A stretch of DNA of 32,000 nt from Opitutales bacterium. Lineage in GTDB: Bacteria > Verrucomicrobiota > Verrucomicrobiia > Opitutales > PNEW01. Shown piece after piece: positions 7,306 to 17,260 of the stretch. A program made the position numbers and the translations under genes. The stretch's first letter is position 1. Each line of letters starts with the position of its first letter. Where the stretch lies: contig CBDCNV010000002.1 in NCBI GenBank assembly GCA_965219535.1, positions 1,860,001 through 1,892,000 of the forward strand. The letters run 5' to 3'. The notes under the pieces were generated by a model. It was given only the letters and a program-made list of their open reading frames with translations, ran no database searches and was not told the DNA's origin.

Positions 7306-8904
7306 CTAGGCATTATCTTCATCGCGAAAGCTTTCCACTACCATACGCGAGAGTTCCTTGTCTGGATTTTCAACAATTGCTTTTGTGATTGAGAATTTTT
7401 CCGTATGAGTATTGCGAGAAATTATTTTAAGACCATGTTGAAAGTCATGAAATTTCTCCTCACAGATGGCTCGGATCGTTTTATCAAGATCGGTAGCTGC
7501 GGCGATGAGTGCATCACAGGCTTCGTCATCAAATTCAAGTTTTAACCCATGTTCTTTCGTAAAGCGAACGGAGAAATCCTCAATGTCTTTGCGCAGTACT
7601 TCACGCTGGGCATGTAGGTTATCCTTAAGAACTTTATTTAAATCTATTTCCGGGTGAGAAATAGTATCGGAAGTTACCTCAAATGTTTTGACTGCGGTAG
7701 AGGGTAATTCAAATTTATAATTGCGAAATACTTTTTCAAGAACGGTCATTAGACCACGGGCGCCAGTCTGTTCATGCATCGCGCGACGCGCTATTTCCTC
7801 GATAGCTTCAGGCGTAACTTTGAAGTCAATGAGATAGCCCCCAAAGTCACTTTTATACTGTTCAAGGATACTGCCTTCAGAACCCGAGAGAATCATCACT
7901 AAGTCTTCCATTCCAAGAGTCTGGCAGGCGACCCGCACGGGTAGTCTGCCAATAAATTCAGGTTCGAAGCCATATTTTATAAAATCTGTTGTTTCCACCT
8001 GTGTGAGATAATCAAAATTGGATTTTTCCAAGGCATCCCGGTTTGAGGCAAACCCGATTTGATTACTTTCGGCGCGTTTTTTTACTGTTTCTCCTAATTT
8101 CTCAAATGCACCACTGACAATAAAAAGTATATGGCGTGTATTGATGCTCTTTTTACCCGCTTTACCGCCCCGGGAGACTTCCATCATCGCTTGCATTTGA
8201 GCCATCATATCGGTGGGACTAAAGAGGCTCACATCAGTCTCCTCCATCAGCTTTAAAAGATTGATCTGCACTCCACGACCTGAAACATCGCGCCCGTGTA
8301 TGCTGCTTTCGGATGCAATCTTATCAATCTCATCAATGTATATGATACCGAACTGAGCGAGTTCGACATTTCCATGTCCGACTTTAACTAGATCACGGAC
8401 CAGGTCTTCCACATCGTGTCCGACATAACCAGTTTCGGAAAATTTTGTCGCATCAGCTTTAACAAAAGGAACGCCAATCAACTTGGCGATGCAGCGCATG
8501 AGGTAAGTTTTACCGACTCCGGTAGGCCCTAAGAGTATAATATTTTGCTTTTGATATTCCTTTTCCGCCAGATCGGGTTTTTCTATGCATTGCCGGACGT
8601 GGTTGAAATGGTCACAAATTGCGACCGAAAGCACTTTTTTTGCTTCTTCCTGTTTAACGACAAATCGATTTAAATAATCCCTGATTTCACGCGGTTTGAG
8701 ATTAAACTCATGTATGCGCTGCAATATTTTTTGATCTGAGTCGTCACTCTCCGGAGGAGGTGACCCTTCACCCTCTTCTTTATTCTGAGGAGGAGGAGCC
8801 TCACTGAATTTTTTGAAAGCCGATATAACTTGAGGATTGCGCATTGCATCCTGAAGTTGATTTTGTAATTCCTCCAATGGATTTTTTGGGTCCTTTTCGC
8901 TCAT
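7306..8904 (-). CDS. ClpX-like AAA+ unfoldase lacking the N-terminal zinc-binding domain
   Basis: It has Walker A GPTGVGKT, pore loop GYVG, Walker [10 protein letters not shown], the block [18 protein letters not shown] and an IGF tripeptide (NQIGFAS). The first ~70 aa are acidic and Pro-rich with no CxxC pairs. Confidence 0.8.
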   Translation of the reverse strand: MSEKDPKNPLEELQNQLQDAMRNPQVISAFKKFSEAPPPQNKEEGEGSPPPESDDSDQKILQRIHEFNLKPREIRDYLNRFVVKQEEAKKVLSVAICDHFNHVRQCIEKPDLAEKEYQKQNIILLGPTGVGKTYLMRCIAKLIGVPFVKADATKFSETGYVGHDVEDLVRDLVKVGHGNVELAQFGIIYIDEIDKIASESSIHGRDVSGRGVQINLLKLMEETDVSLFSPTDMMAQMQAMMEVSRGGKAGKKSINTRHILFIVSGAFEKLGETVKKRAESNQIGFASNRDALEKSNFDYLTQVETTDFIKYGFEPEFIGRLPVRVACQTLGMEDLVMILSGSEGSILEQYKSDFGGYLIDFKVTPEAIEEIARRAMHEQTGARGLMTVLEKVFRNYKFELPSTAVKTFEVTSDTISHPEIDLNKVLKDNLHAQREVLRKDIEDFSVRFTKEHGLKLEFDDEACDALIAAATDLDKTIRAICEEKFHDFQHGLKIISRNTHTEKFSITKAIVENPDKELSRMVVESFRDEDNA

Positions 8905-9003
8905 TATTTATGGGTTGACATATTTAACTGAATTTACAGAAGTATCAGATACTTAATAACTTTTACTGGAATATCAACTCTCGGCCTCAAAAAAGTATCC
9001 ACA

Positions 9004-9315
9004 ATGCCAGGCAATTTAACAAAAAGAGACATCGTACTTTCTATCTACGATAAAACGGGATTTCCTCAAAAAGAAGTACGTGATGTAGTGCAGCAGACGT
9101 TGGATACGATTGCCACCGCTCTCGCACAAGGGAGGAATGTGGAATTACGGAATTTCGGTGTTTTCGAGGTGCAGAAACGCAAGTCACGAATCGGAAGAAA
9201 TCCAAATAAACCTGAGACGGATGTAATTATTCCCGATCGTGCGGTAATTAAGTTTAAAGCTGGAAAAGAGCTCAAGGCAGAGCTCAAAAGCATCAACCTC
9301 GAAAATCTTCGTTAA
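9004..9315 (+). CDS. HU/IHF-family DNA-binding protein (IHF-beta-like)
   Basis: 103 aa. It shows the family pattern V.LRNFG.F.V..R..R.GRNP...E...IP....I.F..GK. Confidence 0.85.
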   Translation: MPGNLTKRDIVLSIYDKTGFPQKEVRDVVQQTLDTIATALAQGRNVELRNFGVFEVQKRKSRIGRNPNKPETDVIIPDRAVIKFKAGKELKAELKSINLENLR

Positions 9316-9344
9316 AATCACTCCGCGCCGCAGAGCGGTAACGG

Positions 9345-10685
9345 ATGGATGGAAAATTCCGTATGTTCGAAAGTCTACCGGGATTTCGTGATTTTTACCC
9401 CGAGCAATGCGCAGTTCGTAATCATATTTTTAAGCTCTGGAAAAAGGCTGCTCGCAGTCACAGCTTTTCTGAATATGATGTGCCTATCCTCGAGCCACTC
9501 GATCTTTATATTGAGAAGAGTGGGGAGGAAATCGTCGGGCAACTCTTTAATTTTACTGACAAGGGGGGGCGCGATGTTGCCCTAAGACCGGAACTTACGC
9601 CCTCTTTGGCGCGTTTGATTGGCTCCCGTGCCGCGAGCCTGAAAAAGCCGGTCAAGTGGTTTTGCATCGGAGAAAACTTTCGCTACGAGCGACCGCAAAA
9701 AGGGCGTTTACGTTCTCATTACCAATTTAATGCCGATATATTTGGAGAAGCGGACGCGAGCGCCGATGCAGAACTTATAGCTTTATGTATCCGAGCGCTT
9801 ACAATATTCGGGTTGGGGTCTGATGATTTTGTAATTCGACTCAGTGATCGAAATATCTGGATAGATTTCCTTGCGCATCTCGGTATTGATGGAAAACAGG
9901 CAATTGGAGTTTTATCGGTTATTGATAAAATTGAGCGCGAAGATAGAGAACAATCACTGAAAAAACTTAAGACGTATTTTGGTGAGGCCACTGAAGAAAT
10001 TTTCAAGAAAATCGAAACCTTAGTCGGGGTTCGAACATTGGAAGACTTTCGTTCATTTATTCTATCTCAATCTCTTGTTGATGAGAACAGAGATAAAATT
10101 GAAGCACGATTGGGCGAGTGGAAAAAACTCTTCGATTATCTTAATGCACTCCAACTAACCTCTTATATCCAAATAGACTTTGGTATTGTTCGAGGGTTGG
10201 CTTATTACACTGGGTTTGTTTTTGAAGCATTTGAAAAATCTGGTAAATCGAGATCTCTAGCAGGAGGAGGTCGTTACGACCACTTGGTTGAAAAACTTGG
10301 AGGCCCAGAATTATCAGCGACCGGGTTCGGAATGGGAGATGTTACGTTAACTGACTTTCTCATAGAAAAAGAATTACTTTCCCAAGTGGATACGACATCC
10401 GGTATCTATATAATTATCGGTGGGGAAGTCGAAAGAGAGAAAGCGCTTGCATCGATCAGCTTCTTGCGTGAACGAGGATACGCTGTAGATTATTCATTTA
10501 AAAACATTAGCTACGGTAAGCAATTCAAACTTGCCGATCAGTCAGGCGCACGGTTAGCACTAATATATGGCGCTGAAGAAGTCACCGCAAATAGAGTGAA
10601 GATACGCGATCTTTCGACAGGGTCTGAAAGTGAAGTTCCCGATAACGAACTGGAGCTTGCACTCAAAAAATATTTTGAGAATTGA
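9345..10685 (+). CDS. hisS: Histidine--tRNA ligase
   Basis: It has class II motifs, including LPGFRDFYP near the N-terminus, ALRPELT, FRYERPQKGR, VRGLAYYTGFVFE and GGGRYD. The true start may be the Met at residue 7. Confidence 0.9.
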   Translation: MDGKFRMFESLPGFRDFYPEQCAVRNHIFKLWKKAARSHSFSEYDVPILEPLDLYIEKSGEEIVGQLFNFTDKGGRDVALRPELTPSLARLIGSRAASLKKPVKWFCIGENFRYERPQKGRLRSHYQFNADIFGEADASADAELIALCIRALTIFGLGSDDFVIRLSDRNIWIDFLAHLGIDGKQAIGVLSVIDKIEREDREQSLKKLKTYFGEATEEIFKKIETLVGVRTLEDFRSFILSQSLVDENRDKIEARLGEWKKLFDYLNALQLTSYIQIDFGIVRGLAYYTGFVFEAFEKSGKSRSLAGGGRYDHLVEKLGGPELSATGFGMGDVTLTDFLIEKELLSQVDTTSGIYIIIGGEVEREKALASISFLRERGYAVDYSFKNISYGKQFKLADQSGARLALIYGAEEVTANRVKIRDLSTGSESEVPDNELELALKKYFEN

Positions 10686-10780
10686 TTAATATCTGGGTTT
10701 TAATGCTGAGAAAACTTTAATTAAACACCTATCGATACACACAAACGATAAAAAGATAATTCTTTTTAGAGATATTAGTC

Positions 10781-11308
10781 ATGTCATACGAAGAATGCCT
10801 TAAAAAACATCTTACGCAAAATCCTGCTATTGCACCCACCGCTTATATTGCACCTGAAGCGGTAATAATAGGGGATGTACGTATTGGCCAGCGTGTAAGC
10901 ATATGGCCACAATGTGTCTTAAGAGGAGACATTAATTATATTGAGATTGGCGAATGCAGCAATGTTCAAGATGGAACGGTCATTCATATGGCCGAAAATA
11001 TACCGGTAATTATTGGCCGATACGTTACTATTGGTCATTTAGCCATGTTGCATGCCTGTACCGTTGAAAACGAGTGTCTCATTGGAATGCATGCTACAAT
11101 TCTTGATGGTGCTGTCGTGGGACATAATTCGATAATTGGCGCGCACACACTGGTTACGCAAGGTATGGTCATACCACCGGGGTCAATGGTGCTTGGCGTG
11201 CCGGGGAAAATTGTTCGCTCATTGAGTGTAGAAGAACAAGCAAAGTTGCCGCAATGGGCTGAGAATTACCTTGTGATAACAGCGGCATATAGATCCGGTT
11301 CAAATTAA
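10781..11308 (+). CDS. Gamma-carbonic-anhydrase-like left-handed beta-helix (hexapeptide repeat) protein
   Basis: 175 aa. It has repeated [LIV]G-x4 hexapeptides and the block IWPQCVLRGD...IGECSNVQDGTVIH typical of YrdA/PaaY/CaiE-like proteins. Confidence 0.85.
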   Translation: MSYEECLKKHLTQNPAIAPTAYIAPEAVIIGDVRIGQRVSIWPQCVLRGDINYIEIGECSNVQDGTVIHMAENIPVIIGRYVTIGHLAMLHACTVENECLIGMHATILDGAVVGHNSIIGAHTLVTQGMVIPPGSMVLGVPGKIVRSLSVEEQAKLPQWAENYLVITAAYRSGSN

Positions 11309-11366
11309 TTCCATCGGGTTTTAGGCCGAATGATTTATGGAGAGATCGACTGGATAATAAACATAG

Positions 11367-12395
11367 GTGGCGGTAAATGATATGTGGTCATTAAAATGTG
11401 CTAATGCGAAAATCGATAAAAGATTACAATACTATCTAATAGGTTGTGTCTTTGGTTGTCTTCTATTAGCGATCTTACCAAAACCCTTTAAAGTAAAGCG
11501 CTCTACGACGGGAGAAAAGAGTAGCTTACTTCATGGCGATTATCCATATACCCATACTGATGGCTATAAGCGTAAGATTAATCTACCAAGTCCGCCCCAA
11601 CGCGTCGTCTCTTTAGCTCCAAGTATCACCGAAATCATATATGCGATTAACGCCTCAAAGTATTTGGTAGCAAATACTTTCAACTGTAATTATCCTAAAG
11701 GAGCGCGCAATTTGCCCAAAATTGGAGACAGTGTAGATCCCGATATTGAGAGCATTCTTCAATATAAACCAGATCTGATTTTAGGCGATCTGTTTAGCTC
11801 CCCGGCACAATACAAGCAGATGGCTGATTTAGGATTAATTGCCATCGCGATGAAACAGACCCACCTGGATGTAATTATGCATGATATGTTAATTGTAGGT
11901 AAGTTGCTCGGGCAGCCAAACGCGGCCATGCAATTAGTAATGAAGATACAGAACAAACGTGATTTAATTATTGATAGAATTTCAGTTTTAAAAAAACGTG
12001 AACCTGTTCGTGTAATATTTCTTTACGATTTGGACCAGTTGGTAATTGCCCGGAGTAATCTATGGGTTAAGGAGTTTGTAACCCTTTGTCAGGCTACTGA
12101 TATTGCCGATGAAGTATCAAAATTGGCATCACCATTATCCCAGGGATTTATGGCTGATACTAATCCGGATGTCATTATCTTGGCTTTATCTTTAGAGGCT
12201 ATTGCGCTCAACAAAAGGGAAGGTAATATTGATAATCTTGCGCATCATTCAGTTTTGAAAAATAGTGCTGCGGTGCGCAATCATCATATCATCGCGATGG
12301 ACAAAGATCTTCTTTCTTCTTCAGGTTCGCGAATATTAATTGCGATGGATGTGATCGCACGAGCGATCCATCCCGAAATCTCTTTATCGCTTTAA
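11367..12395 (+). CDS. Periplasmic ABC substrate-binding protein, BtuF/FecB-like (iron-siderophore/cobalamin class)
   Basis: It has an N-terminal TM/signal region. The segment RVVSLAPSITEIIYAINA...YKPDLILG is typical of PBP type 2 (PF01497-like). The start is GTG at 11367 or ATG at 11382. Confidence 0.75.
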   Translation: MAVNDMWSLKCANAKIDKRLQYYLIGCVFGCLLLAILPKPFKVKRSTTGEKSSLLHGDYPYTHTDGYKRKINLPSPPQRVVSLAPSITEIIYAINASKYLVANTFNCNYPKGARNLPKIGDSVDPDIESILQYKPDLILGDLFSSPAQYKQMADLGLIAIAMKQTHLDVIMHDMLIVGKLLGQPNAAMQLVMKIQNKRDLIIDRISVLKKREPVRVIFLYDLDQLVIARSNLWVKEFVTLCQATDIADEVSKLASPLSQGFMADTNPDVIILALSLEAIALNKREGNIDNLAHHSVLKNSAAVRNHHIIAMDKDLLSSSGSRILIAMDVIARAIHPEISLSL

Positions 12396-12469
12396 AGCGT
12401 TGAACTTACCATGTATTTCCCTTCTTGAGATTGAATAAACTCAACTGGATTGAGGGAATAATGAACTGA

Positions 12470-13063
12470 CTAAGCCATACTTTTTTCTTGATTTAGGAAA
12501 TCACGGCTTTGTCGTTTTAATTTCTTAAGTTCAGGTTTTATCGCATCCACGGTTTCTTTTTCCATTCGATCAATAAATAAAATTCCATTTAAATGATCTA
12601 CCTCGTGTTGTATTACCCGTCCGAGAAAACTGCTACTTTGAATTTTATGGTGCCCCCCTTTTATATCTTGAAATGTCACTTCTATATTATTGGGTCGAAT
12701 TACATCTCCTTTAATTTCTGGAAACGATAAACACCCTTCCTCATAGACGCTGCTTTCACCCGGAAAAGTGGTAATCGCAGGATTTACCAGAACGAGGGGC
12801 ATAATTAGCTCGAGAGGGGGAGATTTATCGTCAAAAGTAAAAGACTCATTAGCGCGCTCATCGTCAGGAGGAAACCGAAGGTCCACAACGGAAATCATTT
12901 TACCTTCACCTACCTGCTGTGCAGCCAATCCCACCCCTTCATTAGCGTACATCGTTTCAATCATATCAGATGCTAATTGTTCTAATTCTTTATTAAATAG
13001 TTTAACTGGATCTCCTTTTTTCAGGAGGATTGGCTCCCCAAATTTTGTGACGCGTAAAATCAT
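12470..13063 (-). CDS. def: Peptide deformylase
   Basis: The three signature motifs GVGLAAQQVG, EGCLSFP and QHEVDHLNG are present. Confidence 0.95.
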   Translation of the reverse strand: MILRVTKFGEPILLKKGDPVKLFNKELEQLASDMIETMYANEGVGLAAQQVGEGKMISVVDLRFPPDDERANESFTFDDKSPPLELIMPLVLVNPAITTFPGESSVYEEGCLSFPEIKGDVIRPNNIEVTFQDIKGGHHKIQSSSFLGRVIQHEVDHLNGILFIDRMEKETVDAIKPELKKLKRQSRDFLNQEKSMA

Positions 13064-13210
13064 TTTGTTTTTAAACTTAATCCTGGTAAAATTGATTTCA
13101 ACTTTAAAACCGCGGTTTTCCGATGCAAATTATTAAGCAATGTAGCGGGTGGTTTTTATGATTTAATGAGGGTTTGCCAGGCGGATAAAATAAGATAAAC
13201 TTATCAAGAA

Positions 13211-14920
13211 ATGATTAGACTTTCCTCGCTGTTGGAATGCCTGCTTTTTTTTGTCTTGGCTTCATTACTCGCCTTATTCGGAACAGGAATTCCTGTGCAT
13301 TTTAAAGCCGTGGCTCCCGGAATTCTCGTTGAAGCGGGGCGGGAATCCGAGAATATAAAAGACCTTGCGGACAGTTTTCTCAATGCCGGTGAAGTTGGGC
13401 CTGCAGCGCTCCTTTGGACAGCAGATGAGCATCTTCCCGGTTCCGATGAGGCACAATCCAGACTCGATGAATTACTGAAGTCTAATCCTCAATACCGACT
13501 CTCCGGTGGTCCAGCACCTTATTTTGAACAGTTTCTGCAGATGATTGGTTCTAGCCCAGGTGAAAATAATAAAATAAAAACACTGGAGTTACTCATCACT
13601 CGAAGGAGCCGAGAAACCCTATTAAGTTATCTGAAGTTTAGCAATAACTCTTCAGTTCACACCCTATTATCCACGCGTGACTTAACTAGCTATACGCATT
13701 TTATGCCTGTCAGCAGCCCAGCTGGTCAACCTTTAGATGCGACTATTTTTATGAACGCGCTTCTCGTACAGGGCGGGCACTTTTCACCTGAATTTCTTCG
13801 CATACTAAACCCCGTTATTGATTTAGCGATGCAAAATGGATTGGAGGGTGAGAGTGAAACACTAGAATCTTTTTATCTAAATATGCTGACTTTAGGTAAA
13901 CGTTTTAATTGGTTGCAACTCACTTTCTTGACGCGACTTTTTACCGATCTCGACGCGGTAGCCAGTACGGCAAATGTTTTCCGCCGATTTCCCAATAGGA
14001 CACCTCAACTCTACGCGATGATTTTATTGTCTAAAGATCCCTCCGGTGTGGCAGACTATATTTCTGATCAAGATAAAGAAAGGATGGGGGACATGCTATA
14101 TGCTTTACCGTTGGGGCGTGGTGCAATCATAAGCCTTATGCAATCTCGTAAACCCTTATACCGCCCACCGGCGTTTGTGCAATGGATTGATAAACCCATT
14201 GCCTGGGTGAGGCAGGCGCCTCTCCTGAGTTTTACTCATCAGCATCCACAAGCAGCTATTAATATTAAACTCGTCGTTATCCTCATTTCCGGATTCGCGC
14301 TCGCGCTTGGAGTAAGCAGTTTATTTGAAACGAATGCACGTAATTCGGGCTCGAGTAGACTCGAGCCCTTGCTGATACTGCGAAATACTATAATTGCTTT
14401 ATTTTTTTCCGCTACTGTATGGGTCCTCATTGAGCCATCTCTTTTAGATATTGGACCTGAACCCAAAGCAAAGTTGCGATTAGTGTTCGAATTTGCTAAT
14501 ACATTAGAATCCTTAAAATCAAAAAATGTCGGATCAGCCATGTTAGACCAAATTACCATCCTTATACTCATTATTTTCTTTCTCCTTCAGCTCATCATCT
14601 ATGTTGTGGGGATAATTAAAGTTTCTGAAATTAAGAAGCTGGATGCATCACCACAGCTAAGGTTAAACCTTCTCGATAACGAAGATAACCTTTTTGACCT
14701 GGGACTTTACATTGGACTAGGAGGCACAGTATTATCACTTATTTTACTGGCCATGGACATTGTCCAGGCGAGTCTGATTGCCGCCTATGCCTCCACATTA
14801 TTCGGCATTATCTTTGTTGCTTTACTAAAAGTATTTCACGTTCGTCCTTTACGTAGGATAATAATTATAAATGTAGAAAATACTGATCATGAATCGAGCG
14901 TTACTACTGATAGTTTGTGA
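13211..14920 (+). CDS. Large polytopic membrane protein with MotA/TolQ/ExbB-like C-terminal channel helices (tentative)
   Basis: 569 aa, with one N-terminal TM, a ~330-aa soluble region, then 5 predicted TMs. The last two read LGLYIGLGGTVLSLILLAM and LIAAYASTLFGIIFVALL, comparable with TolQ PFIGLFGTVWGI and ALIATAMGLFAAIP. The coding call is solid; the family assignment comes from motif memory only. Confidence 0.5.
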   Translation: MIRLSSLLECLLFFVLASLLALFGTGIPVHFKAVAPGILVEAGRESENIKDLADSFLNAGEVGPAALLWTADEHLPGSDEAQSRLDELLKSNPQYRLSGGPAPYFEQFLQMIGSSPGENNKIKTLELLITRRSRETLLSYLKFSNNSSVHTLLSTRDLTSYTHFMPVSSPAGQPLDATIFMNALLVQGGHFSPEFLRILNPVIDLAMQNGLEGESETLESFYLNMLTLGKRFNWLQLTFLTRLFTDLDAVASTANVFRRFPNRTPQLYAMILLSKDPSGVADYISDQDKERMGDMLYALPLGRGAIISLMQSRKPLYRPPAFVQWIDKPIAWVRQAPLLSFTHQHPQAAINIKLVVILISGFALALGVSSLFETNARNSGSSRLEPLLILRNTIIALFFSATVWVLIEPSLLDIGPEPKAKLRLVFEFANTLESLKSKNVGSAMLDQITILILIIFFLLQLIIYVVGIIKVSEIKKLDASPQLRLNLLDNEDNLFDLGLYIGLGGTVLSLILLAMDIVQASLIAAYASTLFGIIFVALLKVFHVRPLRRIIIINVENTDHESSVTTDSL

Positions 14921-16325
14921 TTTTCTTCTTATAAGTTTATTAGCTTTGGCTCGTTTTGATTCACCCAAAGAGGATATGCTCGTGTCAGAAGCTGAAAGCG
15001 AAGAATCGCAAAACAATATAGATCAAGATCTTATAGATGTATTGAAGTATTCATTGGAAGCAGAAGAGAATGAGAACCGTAGAGAGATTGAAGAACTGGA
15101 AACAGACAAAGATGTCCTCGAAGGCTTACTGCGTGAAACGCGAGATGATTTGAAAGAGAGAGAAGAGATTGCAACTCGCCTGGAATCGGAAAAAGAAAAT
15201 ATCACTCAACGGTATAAAGAAAAAAGTGAGCAGTTAATAACAACGGATAAAGAACGTGCTGCTCTTATAGAGAATCTTTCAATAACGCGGGAACAAGCAG
15301 GTGCGAACAAAGAGCGGGCTAAACTATTACAAGAACAGCTTCAATCTCGCGAGCATGAACTTGCACAGCAAGAGAGAGAATTGCAGTCTGCAATTGAAGA
15401 GCGACTTAATGTTGAACGTGAAAAGCAGAAAGTAATTACTGAACTCAAAATTCAAGAGACGGAAAATAAGTTACTCGAACAAAACCTGATTGCAGCGAAA
15501 GCTGAAATTGATACGGTAAGAGTTAAAAAAGATGTTATTCAACAACAAGCGACAAAATTAGCTGAAGGGGTAACAAATCTGACGGAGCAGTCTACGCTTA
15601 TACAAGAAGAAATCAGGCAACTGCAGCCGCGCTCACCTAATAGTATTTTTAATGAATTCAAATCCAACAGGGTCTATCTTAGCTTTGATGCTGAATCGCG
15701 AGGCCTCATTGGTTTACGCAGTCGACGATACGATGCGAAATCTATACTCATCTCGGATGGTAAGAGCGTATATGCGCTAGTTCATACGCATGATACCCCC
15801 TTTCGTCTTTCGGATGAAGGAGCGGGTTTGGCAAACGTTACGGGTAGTTTAAATGTCGGTGATAAGCAGATGTCGATTCTTCAAGTAGGATTTCTGACAG
15901 CTGATCCACGACTACTTGTCGTTGCAGTTTCAACTCAAGTCGGAGAACAATTGGGAATTCGTGCATTTTCACTCTCTAATGAGCCGCTGAAATATCCCGA
16001 GGCGGTGTTAATCGGAAGTGATGAAGGCTACTACGGTGAAACAGAATTCAAATTAGATCACCGTGACGATCGATTTCTAATGATGCAAACCAGGCTATTT
16101 AATCGACTCTTCGGTGAGTTTTCACCATCTCGCAGTGATCTGGTATTTTCTAAAACCGGCAGTTTTATGGGACTGATGATTAATAAACAGAATTGCGCGC
16201 TTGTCGATAATTTCAAAGTAGATGAAAAGTTTATAATTGGAATCAATTTCAATAGCGAACAGTCGGAAGCGGTAGTTTCAAGACAATACAAACGGCTGCT
16301 TAATTTGCCTTTGGATTTACAATGA
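14889..16325 (+). CDS. Bitopic membrane protein with an Asp-containing N-terminal TM, ~220-aa coiled coil and ~230-aa C-terminal beta-rich domain (possible MotB/ExbD/TolR-like partner)
   Basis: The N-terminus MNRALLLIVCDFLLISLLALARF has a single Asp inside the TM, as in MotB (YADFMTAMMAFF) and TolR/ExbD (LLDVLLVLL). Residues ~40-250 are heptad-rich and E/K/Q/L-rich. The start overlaps the upstream gene by 32 nt. Confidence 0.45.
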   Translation: MNRALLLIVCDFLLISLLALARFDSPKEDMLVSEAESEESQNNIDQDLIDVLKYSLEAEENENRREIEELETDKDVLEGLLRETRDDLKEREEIATRLESEKENITQRYKEKSEQLITTDKERAALIENLSITREQAGANKERAKLLQEQLQSREHELAQQERELQSAIEERLNVEREKQKVITELKIQETENKLLEQNLIAAKAEIDTVRVKKDVIQQQATKLAEGVTNLTEQSTLIQEEIRQLQPRSPNSIFNEFKSNRVYLSFDAESRGLIGLRSRRYDAKSILISDGKSVYALVHTHDTPFRLSDEGAGLANVTGSLNVGDKQMSILQVGFLTADPRLLVVAVSTQVGEQLGIRAFSLSNEPLKYPEAVLIGSDEGYYGETEFKLDHRDDRFLMMQTRLFNRLFGEFSPSRSDLVFSKTGSFMGLMINKQNCALVDNFKVDEKFIIGINFNSEQSEAVVSRQYKRLLNLPLDLQ

Positions 16326-16344
16326 GCAATAGTAATTCGTTAAA

Positions 16345-17172
16345 ATGGAACTTATCCTTTTTGATTCAGCTCAGCGATTTTATGAACGTATTAAAAGTTT
16401 TCTCCTTGAATACGAAGATGAAAACAATCTATTTATTGGAATTCTATCTCGTCTTGCAGAGAAGGATGACTATCAGGAAAATTTATTCTTAGCGGCAGTT
16501 ATTGTAAAATCTAAAATTGCAGCGGCTGCTTTACATATCCCTCCCCGAAATTTAATAGTAACTCGTTCGAGGGCCGGTGCGGTAGCGCTTTTAGCGAGTA
16601 GTCTAAAAACCCTGAACATACCTATTCCCGGTATTGTCGGACCAGTGAGTGAAGCTCATGAATTTGTCAAAATCTGGAAAGAGATAACAGATGTGGATCT
16701 CTCTATTCAGCGAACAATGCGAATATACCGGCTGGACAAAGTGATTACCCCTGAGAAAGTGGCTGGAAATATACAACGGGCTCAATTAAAGGATGTGAAG
16801 ATCCTCAGAAGTTGGTTTGACGCTTTTTTCAGTGAAATTAAATCCGGTGATTCATCGGATCTCACTCATGCGGTATTGTCCCATGCACTCGAGGAAGGTA
16901 ATTTATACCTCTGGAATGATGGAGAAATTGTCTCTATGGCTGGTATCGCGAGAAGTTCGCCAAATGGAAAGAGTGTTAATCTGGTCTATACACCTAAAGA
17001 ATTTCGCGGTCGTGGCTATGCCAGTAATCTTGTTGCATCATTGAGCGAAAATATAATCCAGTCCGGAATGAAGTTTTGCACTTTATTCGCTGACCTTAAA
17101 AATTCAACGAGTAACCAAATTTACATAAATATTGGATACTACCCAGTCGGTGACTTCATTGAGTATAAGTGA
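16345..17172 (+). CDS. GNAT-family N-acetyltransferase
   Basis: 275 aa. The C-terminal acetyl-CoA binding pattern is VYTPKEFRGRGYASNLVASL (Q/R-x-x-G-x-G/A). It starts 19 nt after the preceding gene. Confidence 0.7.
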   Translation: MELILFDSAQRFYERIKSFLLEYEDENNLFIGILSRLAEKDDYQENLFLAAVIVKSKIAAAALHIPPRNLIVTRSRAGAVALLASSLKTLNIPIPGIVGPVSEAHEFVKIWKEITDVDLSIQRTMRIYRLDKVITPEKVAGNIQRAQLKDVKILRSWFDAFFSEIKSGDSSDLTHAVLSHALEEGNLYLWNDGEIVSMAGIARSSPNGKSVNLVYTPKEFRGRGYASNLVASLSENIIQSGMKFCTLFADLKNSTSNQIYINIGYYPVGDFIEYK

Positions 17173-17260
17173 AGGCCAGAGGGGAATAGGAAAAATAGCT
17201 CCACTATCGAAAATGTCCCCTGGATTATCGGTGGAACGGCTTAGGAAAAAATATTAGAAC

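Noticed and set aside
8915-8960. TTGACA (8915-8920) and TTTACA/TAATAA candidates as promoters for the IHF-like gene
   Set aside because: No -10 element lies at 16-18 nt spacing from TTGACA. The TTTACA-TAATAA pair has a 15-nt spacer. The promoter consensus of this organism is unknown.
13106-13119. Perfect short palindromes in intergenic regions as candidate operators or terminators: AAAACCGCGGTTTT (13106-13119), ATAGATTAACAATCTAT (21479-21495) and TAGTTTTATAAAACTA (about 24070-24085)
   Set aside because: About two perfect 14-nt palindromes are expected by chance in 32 kb. The AT-only ones are weak hairpins and none is followed by a T-run. I cannot support a call.
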